This document shows, piece after piece, positions 1 through 17,516 of a stretch of 64,000 nt of DNA (position 1 is its first letter; every line of letters begins with the position of its first letter). The notes beneath the pieces were generated by a model, which saw only the letters and a program-made list of their open reading frames with translations, was not told where the DNA came from and made no database searches. The position numbers and the translations under genes were made by a program. This stretch comes from Perkinsus chesapeaki ATCC PRA-425 (lineage: Eukaryota > Protista > Perkinsozoa), in NCBI GenBank assembly GCA_013115145.1, contig JAAPAO010000040.1:45983-109982 (forward strand), in the 5' to 3' direction.

Positions 1-2498
1 CAGAGGTACTGTTCACTACATCCATAAAGGGCACTTGGTGTAGGAAATTCAAAATGATGAAAAATAGATCACCCCAACCATTGATGTAGACGACGTTTAC
101 CGATGCGATGCCACAGTTGACTAAGCTACTACCTCGACCCTAGCACCCTGCTTACCATAATAGTCCTTAATGTATCTTTACCTCTCTCTATTAGTTCCTC
201 CTTTGTCTTTACAGTCTCTTTACCAATACCATTCAGCCGCCCCGTTACACCACTACTCATCCCCTTTAATGATCCCTTCTCCCTATACACACTGTCCTTC
301 AATTCCCTTATTACTGTGTCCTCCGAATCATGAAGCACCTTACCAGCCCCATACACCTGTGGGCTTAGATTCACTTCAAGCTCTCGAATGAAGTGCTGTA
401 GTTTTGTGGTGTCCCCAACCATAGCATCCTCCAGCGCCCGAGCTCCATCCTTGCTCTTCAGAATGACCGATGCCAAGTCCCCCTCAATCGTATTGGCCTC
501 TGCGTGCGTTTCCCCCTCCAACGTCTGAGCCAGCATTACCAACACTTTCTCGGCGCTGCTCGAGTCCTGGCCCAGGGCCTGCCGTATCTTGGCCAAGGCG
601 TCGGTATCACCAGCACTCATCCGTTTGGTTAGCTCCTGTTGGTATGCTATATCCTTTTCGAGCTCAACCGTGATCTGGTTCTGAGCCAGTACAGCTCGGG
701 CGTCCTCTCTAGATAGATGGCCAACTCCACGGTCCATTTTATCGAATAGATCGCTCAGAGCCCTGTCGGTGAGTTTTCCTAGGCCCTGCACACCTATACC
801 AACCGCTGCTAGCTCCCCAGTCAAGTTGGTTTGGGCATCTCTTGTAAGCGATACAAAGAACTAACAAGATCGGAGCACTACTTTCGTATGGAGCATTAAT
901 CCTTACCTTGCTAGACTGTGACAGCATTCCCCTCATTTGCCTTGCCACCTGTTCCACTCTCATGTTAGCTTCCCGCTGGGCCACCTTTATCTTCTGGTCC
1001 AACAGTGCTCGATGCCTCTCGGTCAGCTGCCCCAGACTCTCGACCATTTCCCTACACACCTCCACAGTCATCAATCCTCATCCCACACACACTCCTTACA
1101 GGTTGAATGCCCTAAGCCTGGCCCCTCCCTTGGCCAGCAGCTTCTTAACATCATCACCAGCATCATCCAGCCCCCTCACCAGACCAGCTGTTTCCTTCCC
1201 CGCCTAAGCCCGCTCTTGTCCACTTCCCTATATGGCCCTCTATTACCATTGCATCAGCCTTTGCTATCTTCCTATCAACTCCACCTACTTCACTCATCGA
1301 ACTCCTCTGTCCGGCAGCCACCGCGCCAGTAGCAGCCTAAGTAACAGGATCGCCAAGGCGAATCACCTGGTTAAGGAGCCCACCTTAACCCTTGTGTCCA
1401 TATCATCATTAAGAGAGTAACTATTAACAAGCATCTGGTTGCCAAGTCCCTTCAACATTGCATTAACCGAGCCATGCAGCTGAAAGAGCGCACTATGCTC
1501 CTCCTCAGCAGCAGCAGCCCCAATGAGACTAGCTATTACAGATCCGATGCTCTCATTATATTTGCTTTTCGACATCCGCACTTCCTTTGCACCATTCTTC
1601 TGCAAATCTGCTAGAGTAATGAACAGCTTCGACATGGTAGTGTCCTGAACCACCACCGAAGGTAGAAGTATTAATAGCAGCTGCTGCTGCTGCTCACCAG
1701 TAGTTTGCCGATAGTCACCCCTGCAGGTTTAATCTCGTTGACTCTACCAATAAGGCCAATGTCCGCTCCTCCTCTTCCCTCAATAACATCCTCAACATCA
1801 TACCTAATTAACCCTACTATCAACTCCCCAGCCCACAGCCCTTTCCTTCCCCTACAGTAGCTGCTGTAGGACTCTGAGCTTATCCCTGGTGTCCTGTATT
1901 CTAATAAAACCTCTATCCGCCACCTGAAGCACGCTTAACCAGAACACCACCACTAAAACACGTTCCTACTGGCCGCAGGAATTCGTCCAATCTCTTTGAA
2001 AATCTTTGAATGAGCTCAAACTTGGCATGCATGCAATCATCGTTGCATCCGTCACCTGCCATCAAACCGCCACCTAACCCAATAACCCCATCTACGCCCA
2101 GTATTACCAGGCTCAAGATTCCTGATCGACACAGGATCCGTCATATTTTCCTGTATAATAGTCTGCACCCCCTGCTCGTCTACTTGGGCGCCAAATGGGT
2201 CCAGTGCTGAAAATGCCTTGGGCACAATAACCTCCTCCCCTTCCTGCCCCCCTTCGATAATACCACCGCCAGCAACAGCAGGAGCAGCAGCAGGAGCCTC
2301 GGTGGGGGTCGCGGAGGCAGGGGCAGCCTGAACCGCGGCACCGCCGTCGTCATTGTCATCATCGCCACCGCCAGGCGTAATAGTTGATTTGACTTTTCCG
2401 AGGCCAGTAGAGTCTGATTCATCCTGAGCCTCAACACTTATTAGTATTAGTAGCACCAAAAGATGGACAAGCCACCGCCTTATCTTTAATGATGTCAA
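1..2498 (-). CDS. Multi-exon secreted or membrane-anchored coiled-coil protein of unknown function; 3' end probably runs off the window
   Basis: ORF 2052-2498 opens with a hydrophobic signal-like stretch (WLVHLLVLLILISVEA), then a G/D/A/P-rich linker. Minus-strand ORFs 1363-1656 and 129-824 are helical, charged and heptad-like. A GT donor-like site sits at the end of the 129-824 ORF. Confidence 0.6.
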
Positions 2499-2949
2499 TT
2501 TGAAATCAGTAATGGCTGTCCATCGACAAACATTATCATCGCCGTCCCGTCGGATAACAGCACGACATGAAGCCTAGGTTTTGGAAACATCTAATGATAG
2601 CTCCGCCGAACACGGCGAAGCAACATTGAACAACCCAGCAGTGGCGTCATGGCGCTGAGCCTCCTATTGGTGAATTCATCGTGTATAATGCGTGCTACTG
2701 GGAGTGCTAAAAGAGCGGGCTCTAGAGGAGCCTCGGCTAACTAATAAACGAGGAGGAGGGCAGCGATCTACATCAGTGGATGCTACTGTCGCCGCTGCTC
2801 CAAGCATTATGATACCGACAGTATCTTCGACAGGCATCATCCCGGCCTAATTCATGGCCTAATCAAGCCACAACTTAGATGGCTACTCACTTTAACCTCG
2901 GGGGATCTTCGCACAGGTAACCTCCTAATCGAAGATATGGTGCGAATAG

Positions 2950-4520
2950 ATTCCAAGGCGATCTATAAATAAAGCCATATATATAAGGCCATCATCCTCC
3001 TTCTTCACCTCTGGTGTTGCAGCAGCTAGTCTAAGTCTCATGCTGCTATCAGCTGAATGATATGCAGTAGGTGTACTACCACTTGGCGTGGTTGAGGACG
3101 ATGATGATGGCGGTGCCCACGGTGAGGAGGATAACTTGGAATTAGCCTGCCATCAACACCATTAGTTATCTACATGCAAGGTCCTGTAAGAAGCTTCAAC
3201 CTATATAAGCCGTATACTATTATCGTATACTTCCCCTCTCCGACCGAGCCAGCTATTACCGGTGAATCCTCCAACGTCGCCAAACGTCGCTTGAACTCCC
3301 TCCTTTCAGGTCTAATAACAACAATGCCTTCCCTAACACCATACAGCCATGTCTACTCCAATACAGCCAATGCCCGTTTCAAAAGGGATCTCTCTCCACC
3401 AGCTGGTCTAGATGACCCCAGTGACGGCCGTGGCAAGCCCATGACCTACTGCCTACCGTGGCTCCTCCCTACCATTAGAGCCCTACTACCTCCTTCTTAG
3501 TAAGGCCCTTGCTGGTCTCACCGCTGTACATAATGAATAAACCCCCTAACCTACCCTGTAGAAATTGACAAGGCAACTCTAATAAAACTAATCGGAAACT
3601 TGTTCATTTTGTAACGGGGAGGGCTTGCTGCTCGCCTGCGCCGGTTCACCCCACCTATCTCGACATTTAACCTCAGAAACTATCTCACGCTAACACGACT
3701 AATCAATGCATATTGCTATCGACCAATACTACCTGTACTGCATTAACCAGCTCATCTTGAGCATCTACTAGGTTAAAAGATACCACTACTTGCAGCGGAG
3801 CGAAGCGCTTGGACAGCAACCTAATGCATCTCGTCTCCAAGACAGGACCGCTACCCCCTTCACCTTGCAATGGTAAGGCCAACATTCTGCTGGTCCATAT
3901 CAAGTGCATCGCTCGCTGTTCCACCTAGCCCTAAACAATACCGCTCCTTCCTCGAATCACCACCACAATACCCTAGTACCAACAGCAAGACTCTCTACAT
4001 TTGACGGTGCCGCTCCATCCATAACTAAAATCGTTAAGGTCCTGTCCAGCAGTGTATACCTACACACACTCAGTTCTTTAGTCAGTAGGAGGTCCTCTGT
4101 ACTACACAAACGATACCACCGCTCCGCCCAAGAACTTGACAACTTTCGTTCGAACAACGGCTCTAAGTTGCTCCATTGAGGTGAAGTAGTAGCTGAAGGG
4201 AATGAAGCCTTATTGACCGGAACACAAAGAGACACATTGGGAGAGAAACGTATAAATACATTCAGAAATTGGTCTCACGAGTGTGGCTCGATAGACCACA
4301 GTGATGATGATGCTGGCTGTAACCACGACGTCAGGAGAGGCCACTCGTCGATAGAAACTGCTGCTACTGCTGCAACCTTAATAATAATGCGCTTGTTGTT
4401 CAAGCTGCTTCCCTCTATGCACCCCACGGAGCTGAGGCGGCACCATTAGCAGTGTAATGGACACCATTCTGTAACGAGTAAGATACTCCATTTAATGACA
4501 ATGGCTTCAAACCAGCTACG
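2950..4520 (-). CDS. Hypothetical multi-exon protein, possibly with a C2-like beta-sandwich
   Basis: Spliceable minus-strand segments (WCRLSSVGCIEGSSLNNKRIIIK / VSIDEWPLLTSWLQ / TTSPQWSNLEPLF...LTILVMDG). The resemblance to C2 motifs is weak and by eye only; boundaries are uncertain. Confidence 0.3.
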
Positions 4521-4695
4521 AGCTCAGATGGGGAATGCGATAATACCTACACAGAACTCGTGAACCAAGCAAAGTCAGTCAGTAAGAATGGCGGCCAATG
4601 CTAATTAACTAAGCCCCACGCACTGCCTACTCAGATGTGATATCCTAGTCACATGCGAGGAGTAACCTTAAGAAGAAGAAGAAGAGACCTCACTG

Positions 4696-9500
<4,805 letters not shown>

Positions 9501-10423
9501 TTAGCCTATCATAATAACCGTCTGATTAGGACTTCATATCAATGTGTTTTTGCTTCCTATATGAATGTCTTAATGTTCTTTTATTGCCAAGCTGATAATG
9601 TCGAACACGGCAGTAGTTCAGGGAAGAGAAGGATGAGCCAATCGAATAGGAGTGGCGGGAAAAACAACTGATCAGCATCGCAGGTGCAAGAAAACCCCTC
9701 CATGGTCGTATCACGAATAACCACTCGCTACGCCAAATTGATCGATCACCTTCTCAAAAACCGCGCGCCCCGAAATCACTGACCGGCGCAGAGAGAATAA
9801 ATGATTCGTCTGTAGACTAATACAGTCCTCCAACTTAGAATATCACGATTTTCATCATGATAGAGAGGTCCCAGAGTGAAGCCTGTCACTGAGTTTCACG
9901 ATGCACACGGTGCAACATCATGCACCGATTGTAGCTATTTTTCCATTTCCCCGTGATCTCTCCTCAACTGCTTCACACTGCTCAATGAAACTTCGAGGGA
10001 TAAATACTGTATGTGCTAGGTTTCATATGCAATTAGAGTTATAATCAGCCTCTCCCATTTCGAGGGACTTCCTTGAGGAAAATCGTCATTTTAGGGCTGA
10101 AATTAAGGCATGTATTCAAAATTAACTTGGCATCCTTTCTGTGCCGACATATCAGCTCCCAATAACCAGACGCTGGAATACCTGGGTGGTATATTCGAGG
10201 CCCTATGTGAACGAGGCTCTCTGAGTTTGGGGCACAGAGTGGCCAATCTGGCAGAGAATGGTCATCACAAAAACGCGATATTCTAAGTTAATTTGGAGGA
10301 CTGTATTAGTAGTCCAGTAGATTAGCCTATGTGCTGCCTCGACTCTAGATCTAAGAGGCTTTACCACATTAAAGTATCAACTTACACTATTAGAGAGACT
10401 CTTTACCTTCACTCTTCAGTTGC

Positions 10424-11996
10424 ATGCCTACTCTCTCACCACCATTATGGCGTCGGACATTCAAACGAGTAACCTTTGTTTCCTCGTTATCCCTAACATC
10501 AGCACTACTCGGCTACTACTCCTACGATCCCGGTTTCCGCCGCGAAGTTGAGTTCTGGCGGCAAGTCTCCCCGATTGCTTTTCGCTACCTAATATACACA
10601 GTTCGCGGTCTCGACCTGTCCCCGCTTCATGGCAGATATTCTCCCCGTGCCCGGGATATCTGTGAGCAGCTTGGCGGCCTCTACATCAAGATGGGTCAGG
10701 TCCTCTCGGTTAGGCCAGAGATCCTTCCCGAGGCCTACAGACTTGAGTTTGCCAAACTACAGGATACAGCACCACCAGCCTCCTTCGACGAGGTCATCAA
10801 ACCAGTCCTGGAGGAATCTTTAGGTCACAGCGTGTCTGACCTATTTTCTTACGTGGACCCGGTGCCCCTAGGATCAGCCAGTATTGGCCAGGCCCACGCT
10901 GCCACTCTCCTTGATGGGCGAGAGGTCGTCCTCAAAGTTCAGTATCCGGATGCCAAGGCCCGGTTCAAAGTGGATCTACATTGCCTGTCAACACTAGCGA
11001 ATTGGATGACGCCTGCATTCTCGCAAATCATGGAGGAATTCGAAATTCAGTTCCTCACTGAATTTGACTATCATAACGAAGCCAGGAACATCACAGAGAT
11101 CCGCCGTGAAGTACTCGATGCAACTGATCAATGGAGAGGTCTCGTAAACCTGCCAGAGGTCATTCCCGAATACACCACAGATAGAGTGTTGTGTATGACG
11201 CTGGTGCCCGGTGAGAAGCTGGAGACTGTTATAAGGAAGGACTGGCAGAGGAGGGGGGTTGACATCGGGCCCGACTTCAAGGAATGGTTGAGAACGCAGC
11301 AGCGGCATAGACAAGAGATCGACACTAGGCTTCGTTCGGCTGCATCCTGCTGGCTGCTGCTGCTGCCTGCTTGGGCCATTCGAGCTGGACTGTGGGTCTG
11401 GAGAGCATGGTCTCCGTCTCACTCTGATATGAGCAGTTTCATAAGCACTGCTGTCCGAGTCCATGGCTATGAACTATTTGCATGCACACTCTTTAATGGC
11501 GACCCTCATCCGGGCAACTTACTAGTCGACCTCAACACTGGCAAAGTTGGCCTTATCGATTACGGCCAATGTAAACGCATGGATGACAAGACCCGTCTGA
11601 AGCTGGCCAGGTTGGTTGTAGCAGTAGCCGATGGAGTTCCCCAGGAAGAGGCCAAAGCTATGGTCGAGGCGGGCATCAGGACCGCTCGTAAGGACGAGCG
11701 TTACCTCTCTATCATTGCCAGACTTCTTTTTGGTCGTATCGAGCCCTACATGCTAGATCCACAGTTTCACCTGGACCTGCATAAGTCTGACCAGATAGAG
11801 TCCCTCCCTGGAGACACTCTAATGGGGTAAGTATACTGCCACTATCTTCCTTAGTATTTTGTCTAGGTACCGAGTAGCGATGCTCCTTCGAGGCCTGGCC
11901 CTAGCCACAAGGCACAGCATATCAGTGGCAGAGTTGTGGAAAGATGAAGCACAGAAGTGTATCGAACGTGGTGGGAGAACAGTTTTTAACACATAA
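10424..11996 (+). CDS. ABC1/UbiB/ADCK family atypical kinase (2 exons)
   Basis: GGLYIKMGQ, LQDTAPP, PLGSASIGQAHAA, VVLKVQYP, EFDYHNEA, FNGDPHPGN and GLIDYG motifs. Intron at ~11827-11868; last exon YRVAMLLRGL...TVFNT*. Confidence 0.92.
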
Positions 11997-12637
11997 CAGT
12001 TTCTGAATCCACCATGCATTTGGTTTCAAGTTCAAACCTATCTGAACCGATGGAGCGTGGGACGGTAAAGCGATTACAACGGGTTGATAGTAGGAGGTAA
12101 TGACAAAGGAACAAGGACCAGTGCGGCAACGACCGTGAAGGAGGGCGCCGCAGCAGAATTCCTCACCAACTTCGACCCACTGGAACAACTTACACCTCAC
12201 TGGAACAGCTCTTTAGTGTATCTGTGCACTACCCGGTTAGCGGTAACAACTAAAACACTGTTTGGCAAGTATGCTATGAAAACGGAGGAAAATAGACGTA
12301 CCATGTCCGGGGACCCGGTACACAGATAGGTAAACGTAGCGAGGCAGCAGCACCAGCATCAACAACAATCATCAACATATACAGCAACATACTCATTCTT
12401 ACTGTTATTAATGTATTAGTGATAGGCAGCAGTAATGTTACTACTACTTGGTAAAGACGTTTAGTACATTCTACTACCATTTTATCTACAACACTAATAG
12501 AGCAAGAACAACAAGCGCAGTAATGGCGGTGGTGACGGTGATGATGATGGCAAGTACCTCTGTTGGTGGTACAAGTAGTATCAGACTATCAACACATCTT
12601 GACTTATTATCAACTATACGTGGAAGAACGGACTACT

Positions 12638-14826
12638 TCAATCCGAGTCGGAGTCGTCATCATCGCCAAAGGTAGTCCTATGACCGGCGAACTCCTGGAT
12701 TGTTCCCTTTGCGGCCGCGGCTACGCCAGAGCCCTTTCCTTTACCCTTGCCCTTGCCCTTGCCTTTGCCACCCTTGCCCTTGCCGCCCTTGCCCTTTCCT
12801 TTGCCACCCTTGCCACTGGACTCGCGAGGCTGGTTGTAGTTGACTCTGATCTGTCGTCCCTCAAGATCGGTACCGCTGAGCTTAGTGGCCTTCTCGGCGG
12901 AGTCCTCATCACCGAAGTCAATGTAGGCGAAACCACGAGGGGCACCGGTCTCTCTATCAGTAGGCATGAAGCAGCGAGTAATGCTACCGCAGTCACCGAA
13001 GACCTCATAGAGCCAGTCCTGGGTCATAGAGAAGGGAAGGTTGCCAACGAAAACAGATGCAGACTTCTCGCCGAGCTCGTGATGGCCCTTACCCTTGCCC
13101 TTGCCGCCCTTGCCACCCTTACCGCCGGCGTGGTCGTTCTTAGGGAAGCTGTAGTTGATACGGAGATCACGGCCCTCGCAGTCCTCACCGTTCTTGGCGA
13201 CGGCCTTCTCAGCAGCGTCCTCGTCGGCAAAGTCAATGAAGGCAAAACCCTTGATCTTGCCGCTCTCCCAATCAGTGGGGAGACTGACACGCTCCATATC
13301 ACCGCACCAACTGAAGATCTGCTCGAGCCACTCCTTGGTCATAGAGAAGGGCAAGTTGCCAATGAAGACCGACTTAGACCTCTCAACAGAGTCCTGAGCG
13401 GAACCGTCATTCAACTTGGTCTTCTTGGCGGCAGGGGCCTCATCCTCCTCAGTGGTGGCCTCCGAGGCGGCGCGCTTCTTAGCAGGAGCTTCTTCCATTT
13501 CATCATCTGAAAGAACGAGAATAGACAACAACCGTGAGCAAATTCAATTTCTTACCAGAATCCTCGCTCTCCTCATCCTCCTCGGCGACGGCGGCAGCCT
13601 TGACCTTCTTGGGGGCCTCCTCTTCCTCATCAGAGTCAGAGTCGCTAGAGTCGGATTCCTCAGCGGCGGCCTTCTTAGTGGCGGCCTTCTTGGGGGCGGG
13701 CTTGGCCTCCTCCATTTCCTCATCAGAGTCAGAGTCGCTGGAGCTGGACTCTTCAACAGCGGCCTTCTTGGCAGCGGCCTTGGCCTTAGGGGCAGCCTTC
13801 TTGGCCGGGGCCTCGTCCTCGCTAGAGNNNNNNNNNNNNNNNNNNNNNNNNNNNNNNNNNNNNNNNNNNNNNNNNNNNNNNNNNNNNNNNNNNNNNNNNN
13901 NNNNNNNNNNNNNNNNNNNNNNNNACAGCGGCCTTCTTGGCAGCGGCCTTGGCCTTAGGGGCAGCCTTCTTGGCCGGGGCCTCGTCCTCGCTAGAGTCAG
14001 AGTCGCTGGAACTAGATTCCTCAACAGCGGCCTTCTTGGCAGCCTTCTTAGGAGATGCCTTGGCCTTAGGGGCAGCCTTCTTGGCCACGGGCTTCTTGAC
14101 CTCCTCTTCATCATCGCTAGAATCACTGCTGGAGTCGGACTCCTCGACAGCAGCCTTCTTGGCGGCGGCGGCCTTCTTAGTGGCCTGAACAGCAGGCTTT
14201 GTAACCTCTTCCTCATCATCACTATCGGAATCAGAACTCTCGTCCTCCTCCTTCTTAGAGGAAGCAGCTATCCGTGCCTTAGCATTGGCAACGGCCTTAG
14301 CGGAAGGAAGATCACTCGCATCAGAATCACTATCAGAGGAGGAATCGTCATCGCTTTCAACTACCTTCTTAGCAGGGGCAACCTTCGCCTTCTTGGCGGC
14401 GGGCTTCTCGTCCTCGCTGGACGAAGAATCGTCATCGCTCGAGCTCTCCGCGACGGCAGCCTTCTTAGCGACCGGAGCAGCCTTCTTGGCCTTCTTAGCG
14501 GCGGCGGGAGCAGCCTTCTTCTTGGGGGCTTCCTCCTCCTCATCGCTGCTTTCATCAGAGCTGGATGATTCAGCGGCGGCGGCCTTCTTGGTGGCAGCCT
14601 TCTTAGGGGCAGGTGTCTTCTTGGCTACTGCCTTCTTGGGTGCCGGTGCCTCGTCGACAGAAGAGTCGGAGTCGCTGCTGCTGCTGTCGTCCTCCTCGAC
14701 AGGCTTAACGGGCTTCTTCTTAGTAGCGACCTTCTTATGTACAACAGGTTTGGTAACAACCTCCTCATCTGATGAGGAATCATCACTGGAGGACTCGACG
14801 ACCTTCTTAGGCGCAGGCTTGGCCAT
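12638..14826 (-). CDS. Nucleolin/NSR1/gar2-like nucleolar protein: acidic-Ser/basic N-terminal repeats, two RRMs and a Gly-Lys tail
   Basis: MAKPAPKK start, alternating SSSDSDSD and AKKAA blocks. Two RRMs (VFIGNLPFS...KGFAFIDF; VFVGNLPFS...RGFAYIDF), GKG-rich C-terminus ending in FGDDDDSDSD. One intron at ~13508-13556. Confidence 0.9.
13729..14060 (-). repeat. ~99-bp coding tandem repeat (AVEESSSSDSDSSEDEAPAKKAAPKAKAAAKKA)
   Basis: Near-identical units flank the gap, with more diverged units on either side. Confidence 0.85.
13828..13924. other. Assembly gap (97 N) inside a coding tandem repeat
   Basis: Run of N. The same 72-bp string (acagcggccttcttgg...cctcgctagag) lies immediately left (13756-13827) and right (13925-13996) of the gap. 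Confidence 0.99.
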
Positions 14827-15618
14827 AATTAGTACGTACGAAAGGAACTGCAAAGAATACATACACAGTATGAAAGGTCATCATCAATAACCCCATCCCC
14901 GAGCTCAAGGGGGCAGTAGGGCACATAGGTATAGAGATATCATCGCCATAGCTTATTCTCACTAACAGATGCGGGGGCAATAATAACGTGGCGCAGTGAA
15001 ATGTCGTGACGCACGGCGGAGCGATGCACTGAGTGACACTTTTCAAAATCGCCGGCTCAAGGTTGCCTTGCGCGTTGTAATCGCAAGCACTGCTTGCTAT
15101 AGCTATATGAAGCACTAAAATACTATCAAAGGCGATAGGATATCATACCATTGTGCCACGATGAAAATATACAAGGACTGATCAGCAAATTACTTTTAGT
15201 AACCACCGATGATAACCGAGGCCAAATCAACGCATAGACAGCAATTACGTAACGCTAATCATGGATAATACTGAGCGTACTTGAATACACTATCGAATAG
15301 GCCACGGGAAGGTTAGCATGGTAGTGTTTATACTGCCTTCGACAAAGTCACACTAGCGCTGTTGGGCCGCCCAGCTTAGGTCTCGTAAGAGGGCTTAACG
15401 CGGACAAGGCTTCCGACTCGCAAATTTGAGGTAAAACAGAGAGGTGCCAAGAAAACGACGAAAAACGATTGCGATAACACTCGAGTGCAGTGTGGTGCTT
15501 GACAGATGAAAAGACGCAAATTGTTATAGCTATTTTCGGATCTTGGGTTCGGACGAAGCCCGAATGGCAGAAATAGCCCTTGCACGGACTCCATTGCGCG
15601 AATCACAGTTTTGCTAAA

Positions 15619-16810
15619 ATGGAAGCCTGCCCTGCCGCATTGGAACAGTTTTGGGACGGAACCATAAGGATAGCGAATTCTCGCTATGTCTCGAATCCCA
15701 GGTGCTTCCTTACAAAACTTGCTAAGGAATGCAGGCCCGAAATACAGTGCGATGCTTGCGATGCCCGAAGGTTGGTTGAGAAATACGTAAGTCTGACCTG
15801 GCTCGTCTGGAAGAGCAGATCACCGCAGTGGTGCTTTGTTCGTGGCGGCCACGGGCCCTAATAGACACTTCCGATTGCACTTTGATATGTCGTTCATTAT
15901 TTCGCACATGTAGTTCTGCTTGGATAAGATATTACGTCCCCCCAATCTTACCCCTTGGCCGTAATGCTGCCACCAAAGGAAGACTCGTAGCTGTTATAGT
16001 ATCAGGCATTGTACAGTGATACGTTATGGAGATCATTAAGATATCCACCACTGTGGTGACATGTATCTCAACGGCAACCACTGCTATTTCAGGTGATTAG
16101 GTGTGAGAAATGTCTTTCTAACTTCGTTGACGCCGAAGAACGTGACCACCAGCTTGAAACTTTTCTTTCTGATCTGGTGCACGATCACAACAGAAACTGG
16201 TAGCAAACTCCGTATAGAGGTGATCACGCAAACGTCACTGTTAGTCTGGAAGCTGCCACGGCAAGATCAAGCGTAGTTCCATCTGAAAACACCAGTTTTG
16301 AAGGTGAATCCCAAATCTTTCGCCCCTACGAATCGTAGGCTAGGATTCTAGCTGAACGCAGCGCTAACGTCACGTGCATCCCGCGTCAGTTTTCCCTTCT
16401 CAGATGAGTCTTCTTCAAGCCCCACCGCTTCAGGAACGCACGATTCTTCCAACGTACGGTCTCAACACATTTTTGCTCTTGCCATCATCTTTACAGATTT
16501 CCTCCTTTGCTCATGGAATCGATGATGATGTTGATGCCATCCAACCTCTGGGATGGACTCCACGTATGACACACATCATACCATAAGGAATTGACTTCGT
16601 GTTGTACCCTACAGACACTCAGTGCCTAGACCGACAATGGATCGATGACGCGGGGTTCAAAAGGGTCCGTGGCACGTAGGTCAACAGCACTTTGGGAAGA
16701 TTAACATTTCCATCCATCAGCTACGAGAAGAGCGAGATCTCTATGACGCCCACAAGAGCTATTCGGGACAATGGAGCAAAATGATGCGAGACGAAAATTA
16801 CGCGTAGGTT
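15619..16810 (+). CDS. Hypothetical multi-exon protein
   Basis: ATG at 15619 (MEACPAALEQFWDG...CDACDARRLVEK) followed by a gtaagt donor. Downstream segments read VDAEERDHQLETFLSDLVHDH and LREERDLYDAHKSYSGQW. No family recognised. Confidence 0.3.
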
Positions 16811-17516
16811 CGGAGGTTCTAGTGTTATAAATTAACCGGCTCGAATGGAAGTGTTGGAAAGCCCTTTTGGATAAGCACTTTGAATAAAAGTGGCGTCATG
16901 TGTTAGGAGAGACTCTCCCGTTTCAAAGGGGGCAGCATCGTCCTTCTGTTATTATCAGCTGCTCTCTTCTGTGTCCTACGTGGGGTACAAACTCCTTGAC
17001 AAAAGGCTTGATTGCGAGTGTGATGCAATACACAAAAACAATAACTGTCCTTTCCAGGACGGTGTACTCATTTGCAGGAAGACCGTACCATACTATCGCT
17101 GCGAAATGCTATCGCTTAACGGCTAATGGCCGAACAAAGGAACGGGAGATAAGGAGACCAATGAGGGAAAGGTACGCGCTGTTGATAGAATGATGTCACT
17201 CGAACAGCTTAGTCCTTTTTGACAACGGCTGCTATGGCTATTATTTGTTCTATACCATTCGAGCTAGTAAAATAGTTGCGCTTCGATCATAGAGATAATG
17301 ACTGTTCGTAATCCCAACACTGCTTTGAGTTGCCAAGTATAAATATTAACGACCAACGCAAACCTCGCCGGTACGAGACCACAGAGGGCCACCAGGCCGA
17401 CATAAAGGCAAATTATGAATCGCTCAATCCTCTCCTCCTCCTTCTCATCATCGATACCCCAAACAATGGGGATGATGGAAGAAGGAAGGTGATGATCGCA
17501 ATAAATGACAACAACA

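Noticed and set aside
12563-14890. Long + strand ORFs (315, 344, 180 and 201 aa)
   Set aside because: Antisense shadows of the low-complexity nucleolin-like coding sequence; no independent motifs.
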